DNA of 14,810 nt, taken from the NCBI GenBank assembly GCA_016840095.1, contig JAEOSZ010000134.1, positions 1 to 14,810 on the forward strand. Direction: 5' to 3'. Positions within the stretch are counted from its first letter, which is position 1, and every line of letters starts with the position of its first letter. Below, piece after piece: positions 1-7,832 of this stretch. This DNA is from Candidatus Heimdallarchaeota archaeon (GTDB lineage Archaea; Asgardarchaeota; Heimdallarchaeia; Heimdallarchaeales; Heimdallarchaeaceae). The translations under genes were made by a program, and so were the position numbers. A model generated the notes under the pieces. It had not been told where the DNA came from and did no database searches. It saw only the letters and a program-made list of their open reading frames with translations.

Positions 1-283
1 CAATTGCTCCTATGTTTCGGTAGAGCAGTATTAAAAGTATTAAACCTATAATTGTCTCTGCTGCAGCCATTGCTATAATGAACAATGTTGCTACTAATCC
101 TGTTTGATCAAACGGTGCGTTTGACATCGAGAACACGACTAGATTGAGCATTGCAGCATTTAATATCAATTCAGTACCGATTAGAATTCTAATCATACTT
201 CTTCTAGTAAAAATACCATAGAGTCCTATGGCTACAATAATGATTGATAGATATAGAGTCCAGTCAACTGGTAGCATTGCCAT
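1..283 (-). CDS. nuoK: NADH-quinone oxidoreductase (complex I-like) subunit K / 4L, runs off the window's left edge
   Basis: Not in the ORF track. Manual translation from ATG at 283: MAMLPVDWTLYLSIIIVAIGLYGIFTRRSMIRILIGTELILNAAMLNLVVFS...LFIIAMAAAETIIGLILLILLYRNIGAI. Three hydrophobic helices with the NuoK motifs GLYGIFTRR, ELILNA and AAAE..IGL. The ATG overlaps the nuoJ stop (TAATG). Confidence 0.93.
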   Translation of the reverse strand, partial: MAMLPVDWTLYLSIIIVAIGLYGIFTRRSMIRILIGTELILNAAMLNLVVFSMSNAPFDQTGLVATLFIIAMAAAETIIGLILLILLYRNIGAI

Positions 284-852
284 TAGTTAACTACCTCCTG
301 CACTTCTTCCTTAGGCTCTTCAGTTTTTTTCTTTCTTTCTCTCATCAGTGCAACTCCACCAATTAGAGCTGTTGCAAGAAGTAAACCTATTCCTAAGAAT
401 ACAATTTCATATTGTTCAATCATGAATTTGTAAATATTGAAATGATCTCCACTTGAATATGGGTAGTCTGATAAGACTGGTCCATTCCAATTGTAGAGAG
501 ATATCAACACAATCATAATTGCTGCGATTACAAGTACCAGAAAGATACTTGCTAACCTTGTTTTTACTGTAGATCTTGATATTTGTTCCTCACCAGTAGT
601 CTGTCTTCGTGTTAGCATCACTGCGAACAGTACGATAACAGATACGGCTCCCGCATATACAGCCAGTTGAAACATCGCAACATAACCTGCATTGAATAAA
701 AGAAACATTCCTCCGATTGCTATTGTAAAAATATCAAAAAAGAATATAGCAACGACCACTTCCTTAGATTCCAACGCCAAAATAGCACTTGCGACTATTA
801 AAACTGCCATAATGATCCAGTCAATAAGATAGATATTTACCATAATCATCAC
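283..852 (-). CDS. nuoJ: NADH-quinone oxidoreductase (complex I-like) subunit J / 6; probable start ATG at 843
   Basis: Five TM segments, NuoJ signature LFNAGYVAMFQLAVYAGAVSVIVLFAVML and C-terminal LLLATALIGGVAL; translationally coupled to nuoK. Confidence 0.92.
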   Translation of the reverse strand: MMIMVNIYLIDWIIMAVLIVASAILALESKEVVVAIFFFDIFTIAIGGMFLLFNAGYVAMFQLAVYAGAVSVIVLFAVMLTRRQTTGEEQISRSTVKTRLASIFLVLVIAAIMIVLISLYNWNGPVLSDYPYSSGDHFNIYKFMIEQYEIVFLGIGLLLATALIGGVALMRERKKKTEEPKEEVQEVVN

Positions 853-910
853 TTATTTGTCTCACAGACGTCTCTATGAGCTAATGGTTATTGTGCCAGT
901 GGTTTTTTGT

Positions 911-930
911 TGTTTTAAAAATATTTTCCT
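911..930 (-). promoter_or_regulatory. Putative archaeal BRE/TATA promoter for nuoJK
   Basis: Minus strand reads AGGAAAATATTTTTAAAACA (purine-rich run then TTTTAAA) about 70 nt upstream of ATG 843. Motif match only, in AT-rich DNA. Confidence 0.35.
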
Positions 931-1124
931 CTTTTGAAAACGGCTTAGAAGCCATTTTTGGGGGGCCTAACTCCACTCTATTCGATTATTGACGGTTATG
1001 ACACTACTTTGCAAAACCGATAGTTATTCGTGAATAATTGTTTGTATCGATGATATGAGATACTTATTAGCACAATCTTATAAAAATGAAAACATATTTA
1101 TAAAAAATTTTTGAATTTAGTCAA

Positions 1125-1133
1125 TTTTATATA
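1125..1133 (+). promoter_or_regulatory. Putative TATA box for the GDPD gene
   Basis: TTTTATATA ending about 28 nt before ATG 1162, a spacing that fits a leaderless or short-leader archaeal transcript. Confidence 0.45.
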
Positions 1134-1146
1134 GGTATGAGAGAAG

Positions 1147-2682
1147 ATGTATTTGGTAAACATGGAAGATCATTTACATGGAAAGAAATGGATATTATTA
1201 TTTTCTCTTGTCTTCTTAGCTGATTTATTTCTAGAAGCACTTTTCTTCTTTCTAAAACCATTGCGAGTTGAATTTAATGATCAACTTGCTGGAATGATTG
1301 GATTTCACACTAATTTCTTTCTTCTTATTATGCTTCTCTTCTTAATTCCACTTGTTTATTCTGGATTTTTCATTATCAAGTATGCTTCAAAAATTAAGAA
1401 GGAACATGAAATTAAACCATCTCTTGCTAATAAAATTATAATTACGCTACTATTTATTGTTATAGTGGCTTTATTAATTGCATTAGTTATCGCATTTGGA
1501 GATAATGCAGTAATTATTCTATATGTGTTGGAATATTATCTTCCTTTCATCTTGATGGTATTGATAATTTCGTCTTTGTTACTACTCTATGCATTCACAG
1601 ATGAGCTTCTTGTTCTACTTAAGAAACCAACAGCAAAGACATTTTATTCGCAACTTAAGAGATACATACCTTTAGTTGGAACTTTCCTATTTTTCTCTTG
1701 GTTACTGATCATGCCTTTGGTTTTCCAACCAGTTTATGTTTTGAGAGGAGAACTGCCACCTAAACCATTGATTATTGCACACAGGGGAGGTGCTAGATAT
1801 GCACCTGAGAATACTATTGCAGCTGCGATGTATGTTAATCAAATTGACGCTGCTGGTTGGGAATTTGATGTTCAAATAAGTAATGATGGAATACCTTTTC
1901 TCATGCATGATGGAACATTAGAAAGAACAACAAACGTTTCTGAAGAATTTCCAGCAAGAGCTGAAGACCCAGCAAGTTCATTTAACATCTCAGATTTGAA
2001 GCAATTGAATGCGGGTGAATGGTTTTTAGAAAGAGATCCGTACAAATTAATAGCAAAAGGTGAAGTTCCATCTAATCTAATGACTGTTTATCGAAATGCC
2101 TCTATTCCTACTTTGGAAGAAGCTATGATTTATTCTAAAGCTGCAGGTTTGCTAGTAGATGTTGATTTCAAACCTCCTCCTGATACTCATCCATTTTATG
2201 ATCAATATTTCAATATCTGTCTAAGTGTGTTAATTGCTGCTGATTATGCAAATAATACTTGGGTAACTTCTTACAATCGTGAATGGTTAAATTTGACTCA
2301 ATCTCTAGCTCCAACAATGACCACAGCACTTTCTTTACGTTTCCCTGATAAGATATCAGTAGAAGAATTTCAAGCCACAGGTTATGATATGCTGAATTCT
2401 CCACACGAAAGAGCCAATAAGCTTCTAAGGGATTATAATGAGAATAATGTTACAATAAATGTATGGACAGTCAACATGGCTTCCAGATTTCAGCAGCTTT
2501 GGGCTTTAGGCGTTTCATCTGTAACTACTGATGAACCTATAGTCTATCTCAGGATAGAAGATCCTGTACTAATAATTACTCAGAGAACATATGTTACCGT
2601 TTGGGTTGTTAGTTATCTGCTTGCAATTGCTGTGGTTCTTTTTGTTAAGAAATATAGTATGGAAAAGAAAAAAATGCGTTAA
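1147..2682 (+). CDS. Six-transmembrane glycerophosphodiester phosphodiesterase, GDE2/GDE3/GDE6-like architecture; start may be ATG 1162
   Basis: GDPD catalytic motifs IIAHRGG, APENT, WEFDV, PFLMHDGTLERTTN, IPTLEE, VWTVN, GVSSVTTD. Five N-terminal TM helices and one C-terminal TM helix followed by a basic tail (KKYSMEKKKMR). Confidence 0.92.
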   Translation: MYLVNMEDHLHGKKWILLFSLVFLADLFLEALFFFLKPLRVEFNDQLAGMIGFHTNFFLLIMLLFLIPLVYSGFFIIKYASKIKKEHEIKPSLANKIIITLLFIVIVALLIALVIAFGDNAVIILYVLEYYLPFILMVLIISSLLLLYAFTDELLVLLKKPTAKTFYSQLKRYIPLVGTFLFFSWLLIMPLVFQPVYVLRGELPPKPLIIAHRGGARYAPENTIAAAMYVNQIDAAGWEFDVQISNDGIPFLMHDGTLERTTNVSEEFPARAEDPASSFNISDLKQLNAGEWFLERDPYKLIAKGEVPSNLMTVYRNASIPTLEEAMIYSKAAGLLVDVDFKPPPDTHPFYDQYFNICLSVLIAADYANNTWVTSYNREWLNLTQSLAPTMTTALSLRFPDKISVEEFQATGYDMLNSPHERANKLLRDYNENNVTINVWTVNMASRFQQLWALGVSSVTTDEPIVYLRIEDPVLIITQRTYVTVWVVSYLLAIAVVLFVKKYSMEKKKMR

Positions 2683-2782
2683 AAAGAATTTTCGTTCTTA
2701 AATCACTGAAAAAGATTTAAAATCAACAGCTGGATTTTAGAGTTATCAATTATATTAACTGTCAAAGGAGTTTTGATTAAAT

Positions 2783-4255
2783 TTGGCAACAAATGATGAG
2801 TCTGATATAAAATTTCTGGATGAGAGATTACCACTGAAATCAAAATTTGCATATGGTTTTACAAATGCAGCTAATGGAATGCTAAGCGGTTTAGCTATTA
2901 GTGGAGCTTTAACTCTTTTCTATAATGTAAAACTTGGTTTAAGTGAAGAGCTAATTGCGATTGTTTGGATAGTATTTGCTGTATGGAATGCATTGAATGA
3001 TCCTTTATTTGGAATACTCCAAGAAAGAACTAACACAAGGATAGGAAGAAGAATACCATATCTTCGATTTGGAGCACCGATTTATGTATTAACGTTTATC
3101 ATATGTTGGTATCCATTTATGGGTAATTCTCAAATGGCATTATTTTGGAATATGCTTTTAGTTCTATTCCTCGTTGATTCACTCTATACAATGATAGGGT
3201 TGATAACATATACACTTCCTGCAGAAATGACTTTAACACAAGAAGGAAGATCTAACCTATCTGTTTTCTCTATTTATCTTGGAGCAATAGGTTTAATCGT
3301 AGCAATGATTATCCCTCTTATACTCTTAGATGATACTCCAGGTGTTATACACCCTTTCTTTAAACCAGCAATGATTATTGTGGGGGTTGTAGCAGGAAGT
3401 ATAATGTTTGCTGCAAGTTTCTTTTTAGTAGAAAATGAATATGCAAGAACAGAAGAACCCTTAGGATTCTTTAAATCTATTGTTGAAACTTTTAAGAATA
3501 GAGAATTTGTTATCTTTGAGGCTAGTAATTTCTTCTACATTTTAGCTTATACAACACTTACTGGTTCTATCTACTATTTTGTTCCTTATGTTTTGGGGTA
3601 TTCAGGTTTTATGGCATCAGTACCACTGGTTCTGGTTTTTGCAATGATTTTCGGTTTCTCTGCACTAGCGAATCACTTCGTGAAAAAATATGGACTTAAG
3701 AAAGTATATATCGTTGGATTAATTGCTTCAAGTGTAATCTTCTTGCTACTTTTAGCGGTAGGTAGGTTTGAAATTCCTTCCCTTATAGTCCTAGCAGTTC
3801 TAGGTATGGGTTTTGCACCGGTTGCATTAATCAATGGTCCACTAATGAGTGATGTTATTGATAATGATGAACTTCTTACTGGAAAGCGTAGAGAAACAAC
3901 CTATGCAGGTATGAATGCGTTGGTTACTAAACCTTCAATCTCTATTGCTAATGCAATCTTTCTAGCTATAATCAGTGCTTTTGGTTTTGATAATGAAATT
4001 GCTACTCAAACTCCTCAAGCACAATTTGGTATAATCTTAGGATTTACTCTAGTTCCAGCCATATGTTTGATACTAGCTGCAATTGCTTTAAAATGGTATA
4101 AGTTAGATGGTCCTGAATGGTTTGAGAAGAAGAAAGAACTAAATGCTATTCATCTTCAAAAAGAAAAAGCATACATTGCTCAACTTCAAAAAGAAGGTAA
4201 AATATCAGCTACATATCAGAAACTGTACAAAGATGAAACGGATTTAACAAAGTAG
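2783..4255 (+). CDS. MFS transporter, glycoside-pentoside-hexuronide (MelB/GPH, MFS_2) family
   Basis: About 12 TM helices; motifs WNALNDPLFG...TRIGRRIPY and SDVIDNDELLTGKRRETTYAG. TTG start preceded by AAGGAG at 2765-2770. Confidence 0.9.
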   Translation: MATNDESDIKFLDERLPLKSKFAYGFTNAANGMLSGLAISGALTLFYNVKLGLSEELIAIVWIVFAVWNALNDPLFGILQERTNTRIGRRIPYLRFGAPIYVLTFIICWYPFMGNSQMALFWNMLLVLFLVDSLYTMIGLITYTLPAEMTLTQEGRSNLSVFSIYLGAIGLIVAMIIPLILLDDTPGVIHPFFKPAMIIVGVVAGSIMFAASFFLVENEYARTEEPLGFFKSIVETFKNREFVIFEASNFFYILAYTTLTGSIYYFVPYVLGYSGFMASVPLVLVFAMIFGFSALANHFVKKYGLKKVYIVGLIASSVIFLLLLAVGRFEIPSLIVLAVLGMGFAPVALINGPLMSDVIDNDELLTGKRRETTYAGMNALVTKPSISIANAIFLAIISAFGFDNEIATQTPQAQFGIILGFTLVPAICLILAAIALKWYKLDGPEWFEKKKELNAIHLQKEKAYIAQLQKEGKISATYQKLYKDETDLTK

Positions 4256-4263
4256 AAAAGAGT

Positions 4264-5385
4264 TTAAGCAAATTCAAACATTTCTGTTTCTGCTTTTTGG
4301 AGCTCTAATTTGAAGGTTGTACCCTTCGAATAATCTCCTTTTATCGTATTTTCTATCCACACTTGACCACTGTATCTTTCTATGAGAGTCTGGATGATAA
4401 AAAGACCTAATCCTGATCCTGAACCTCTTTTACGAAATTCACCATATCTTTCAAAAATCTTCTTTCTCTTTTCCGGTAGAATTCCTGATCCAAAATCTGA
4501 AATGGAGATAACTATTTTATTCCCAGGTTTTTCTTCTGTTTTGATATCTATTCTGACAATTTTACTTGGAGTGTTTTTAACAGAATTTGTAAGAATATTG
4601 AATATGAGTTGTTCAAATAACATATCTGCAAAGATATTGTGTTTTGGATTAACTCTTTCATTATCAATTAGGATTTCTTTTAGTGGGAACATATCTTCAA
4701 GATTTACAATACACTTGTGGATGCTGCTAAGAACATTGACTGATCTTAGTTCATAAGTAAATTCAATATCTTTTTTCATAAGTACAGAAATATCGTCAAG
4801 AAGAGCATCTGTTTTTGCTAAGGAAGCTTTTGCTTTTCCGATAGATTCTTTCAATTGCTCTATAGTAACATCTTCATTCTCTAAAGATTGAGAGACACAG
4901 CTCCATAAAACAGAAATGTAATTTCTAAGGTCATGAGTGAGAATATCTAGAAGAAGTGTTTTTTCTTTCATACTTTCTTCTTTCTCTCTTCGAGCTTCAA
5001 CTCTTTCTGCAATCTCTCTTCCACTTGTAAGAATATAGAACTCTCCTGCTATTTCAACAAGGCTTGAGCTGAATTCTACAGGTAGTATTTCACCATTCTT
5101 ACTTACTATTTCCATTTCATAAGTAAGAAAACCCTCTCGGATTATTGTTTCAATAAAAGCATAGGTTTGTTCAAATAAATGAGGAGCAATGATGTCTTTG
5201 GGAGAGCTGTTTAGTATCTCTTCTTGTGAGAATCCTGTCCATTTAGCTGTTGCAGGATTTGCATATACAAAATTGGTGATATCTTTATTCTCATCTAGTT
5301 TGAAAACAGTAATACTGTCGTTAGACATTTCAAAAAAGACTCTATAAATGTCTTCGAATTTCTCGTATTCTGTTTTCTCGTTCAT
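4264..5385 (-). CDS. Cytoplasmic PAS-domain sensor histidine kinase (PAS-HisKA-HATPase)
   Basis: PAS (FVYANPATAKWTGFSQEEIL...SKNGEILPVEFS), H-box LTHDLRN, N-box NILTNSVK, G1 DFGSGI, F-box IFERY, G2 GSGLGLFI. No TM segment. Confidence 0.93.
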   Translation of the reverse strand: MNEKTEYEKFEDIYRVFFEMSNDSITVFKLDENKDITNFVYANPATAKWTGFSQEEILNSSPKDIIAPHLFEQTYAFIETIIREGFLTYEMEIVSKNGEILPVEFSSSLVEIAGEFYILTSGREIAERVEARREKEESMKEKTLLLDILTHDLRNYISVLWSCVSQSLENEDVTIEQLKESIGKAKASLAKTDALLDDISVLMKKDIEFTYELRSVNVLSSIHKCIVNLEDMFPLKEILIDNERVNPKHNIFADMLFEQLIFNILTNSVKNTPSKIVRIDIKTEEKPGNKIVISISDFGSGILPEKRKKIFERYGEFRKRGSGSGLGLFIIQTLIERYSGQVWIENTIKGDYSKGTTFKLELQKAETEMFEFA

Positions 5386-5465
5386 TGAACTGCCCTTCTC
5401 AATAGATATTACATATAGTTGAATAAAAATATTCTATTCTATCCAATCAGTATTGTTATATGAAT

Positions 5466-7025
5466 TTAAATCTCTTTTGTTTTCAAGTACTGTGCTAAAT
5501 CTATAGGTTCATTGTTAATCTTGATTTGAACACTATCTCTCTCAAGGTATATCTCGTAGATGTTTTTATTATGTGGTAATTCTCCAATACATCTGAATCT
5601 AATCTTAATATGTTCTGCCAAATTCTTGATATCAAACACGGTCATAAGTCTCTTACTTTTATGTTTGAAGTGTATTTCTGGATCTAAGCCAAGAACTGTG
5701 CTATCATCAAAAATGTTGTCGATGTTTAAAACACCATCTTTCAAACTTAAATCAGTTTTACAGAATTCATTAACAAATTGCCTATACTGATTTGCTCTTG
5801 ATATTCTAGAAAATTCCTCAATTTCATCAAAAAGTACAAGAAGTTCTGAATAATTCAAGAAATCTCTGATTTGATACCCATCACTTGTATGATCTGCCAT
5901 AGCTTGGAGTATTTTCATTTTAGAATTTATTGCTGAAATATTGAGATTATCTAATTCTATGCTTTCAGGTCTACTGTAAGTTATAGGAAGATTGGAAAAA
6001 GATTTGAGCGTCTTCATTAGTAAGTATGCACTCATAATCCCATGAGTATAATTTTCAAAATCATTTGAATATCTTAGGATTGCAGACATATCTTTCTCCA
6101 TTGATCCTTGTATTGTGTACATCCTTCGCATGATATCAGCTTGTTTCTCGGTTAAATTGTTTAGATTTTTTCGAATATCTAAAAACTCTTCTTCAGTTGG
6201 TTCTTCGAGATTGAAAAGGTAAGATGTGAATCTATTCATCTTATCTATTAAATCTTGAACATCCTTTCTCTCATCAAAAGAGAAATCTTCGATGTCTAGA
6301 TTGAAACTGATATTTAGTGAAAGGATTTCAAGAAGATTCTCTATGTAGAACTGTTGAACATTCTCAAAGTGAAAATCAAATTCTCCAAACTTTGTGATTG
6401 AGAAAAAGGGAAGAACTTGACGAATTGATTTATTGATTTTTGCAATCTTTTTTAGAGGATAACCAAGATCATGAGTGAGTGCAATGACACATCTTACAGA
6501 ATCTTCATTCTTCAATATTTCAGCAACTCTTGCTAATAGAAATGTTAATTCTCCAAAAATTTCTGGAACTTCCAGAGCTCCATAGTATTCATATAGAAAG
6601 GCAGCCCCTTTGAGGTGTCTATTTACATTCTGAAAAAGAAGTTCAAATTCAGACTGATGATGAAGATACTCTCCTAAGAAGTAGACCCACAAGCAATGGA
6701 GAGTATGATCTCGATAAAATGAATCAGATGCAAAGATTAATTCTTCAAATCTAACAAACTCTTCAAAATACTTAAACAATACATCATATCCTTGTTTGTC
6801 AGGATCAATGAATTCCATTGATGCTTCAAAAAGTATTTTCCATAGATCTTTTGCTACTTGAATTTTATCATGGATTTCTTCACTTTTTTGAAGTAGTGAA
6901 ATTAACTCCTTGATCGTCTTCTTAGCTTCTTCCTTACCTATTAGAAACCTAATATTGTCTTTATCAAGTAATTCTATATAGAAATCCATTACTACTTTCT
7001 CGTTAATCAGAGTCATTGAAATCAC
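5466..7025 (-). CDS. HD-superfamily metal-dependent phosphohydrolase, function unknown; probable start ATG 7016
   Basis: Ordered HD-fold ligands YRDHTLH, LTHDLGYP, THGIMSA, ADH and FDEIEE. A GTGAT RBS-like motif precedes ATG 7016. Confidence 0.75.
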   Translation of the reverse strand: MISMTLINEKVVMDFYIELLDKDNIRFLIGKEEAKKTIKELISLLQKSEEIHDKIQVAKDLWKILFEASMEFIDPDKQGYDVLFKYFEEFVRFEELIFASDSFYRDHTLHCLWVYFLGEYLHHQSEFELLFQNVNRHLKGAAFLYEYYGALEVPEIFGELTFLLARVAEILKNEDSVRCVIALTHDLGYPLKKIAKINKSIRQVLPFFSITKFGEFDFHFENVQQFYIENLLEILSLNISFNLDIEDFSFDERKDVQDLIDKMNRFTSYLFNLEEPTEEEFLDIRKNLNNLTEKQADIMRRMYTIQGSMEKDMSAILRYSNDFENYTHGIMSAYLLMKTLKSFSNLPITYSRPESIELDNLNISAINSKMKILQAMADHTSDGYQIRDFLNYSELLVLFDEIEEFSRISRANQYRQFVNEFCKTDLSLKDGVLNIDNIFDDSTVLGLDPEIHFKHKSKRLMTVFDIKNLAEHIKIRFRCIGELPHNKNIYEIYLERDSVQIKINNEPIDLAQYLKTKEI

Positions 7026-7115
7026 TTTTGCTTCATTAAAATATCTCTTCTAATTTAATAATATATTGGCAAATAGCTTAAATATATCTAGAAAAGTGTT
7101 ATTTGTAGATTATAT

Positions 7116-7832
7116 TTGGTTTCTAAAATGATTTCAGAGCTCATTACATCAGAAGAAATACATAATTGTCTGAAAACAAGAGATGCTGCTCTTTCAGGAA
7201 TTGCTGATACTAGTTTACTAAAGAAGACTTTTGGATTAACTAAAAAAGAATTAAAGAAATATCCTAGAGCTATTTCTATAGGTGTCAAGCTTCCTGACGA
7301 GATTATAGATAGAATCAAAGAAGGACCTACACTTGAATATGCACGATTATATAGAGATGCAAATGCCAAACTTGATTATTTAGCTGAATTTCTTAGTGAA
7401 AGACTAAAAGAAAAGGGTTTTCTAGCATTGCGAATTCCTGCTTCTTTGAGATATGATGAAAAAGAACTAGCTGCAATATTTCCTCATAAAACAGCTGCAA
7501 TCTTAAGTGGTTTAGGTTGGATTGGGAAGAGTGCATTACTCATATCTCATGAACTGGGACCAAGAGTAAGATTTAGTACCGTTCTTACAAATGCTCCTTT
7601 AGACACAGACGAACCTCAAATGACTAGCGAATGCAACAGTTGTATGATTTGTGTAAAGGCATGTCCAGCACAAGCAATCAAAGGAATAAACTGGACTTTT
7701 GGAGATAAAAGAGAAAAAATCTTTGATGCTTACAAGTGTAAAGCTTATCTAGATATTCAGAAGAAGAGAGTGGGAGAAACTATCTGTGGTATATGTGTCA
7801 GCGTTTGTCCATATGGAAAAAAAAAGAACTAG
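7116..7832 (+). CDS. QueG (epoxyqueuosine reductase)-like / reductive-dehalogenase-fold cobamide 2x[4Fe-4S] protein; start TTG 7116 or ATG 7128
   Basis: HKTAAILSGLGWIGKSALLI...GPRVRFSTVLT motif, CNSCMICVKACP, and C...CGICVSVCP. Its stop overlaps the convergent TPR gene stop (CTAG, 7829-7832). Confidence 0.85.
   Translation: MVSKMISELITSEEIHNCLKTRDAALSGIADTSLLKKTFGLTKKELKKYPRAISIGVKLPDEIIDRIKEGPTLEYARLYRDANAKLDYLAEFLSERLKEKGFLALRIPASLRYDEKELAAIFPHKTAAILSGLGWIGKSALLISHELGPRVRFSTVLTNAPLDTDEPQMTSECNSCMICVKACPAQAIKGINWTFGDKREKIFDAYKCKAYLDIQKKRVGETICGICVSVCPYGKKKN

Noticed and set aside
7817-7825. Poly-A tract as a phase-variation or frameshift site
   Set aside because: It lies in the last Lys codons after all conserved motifs, so slippage would have little effect.
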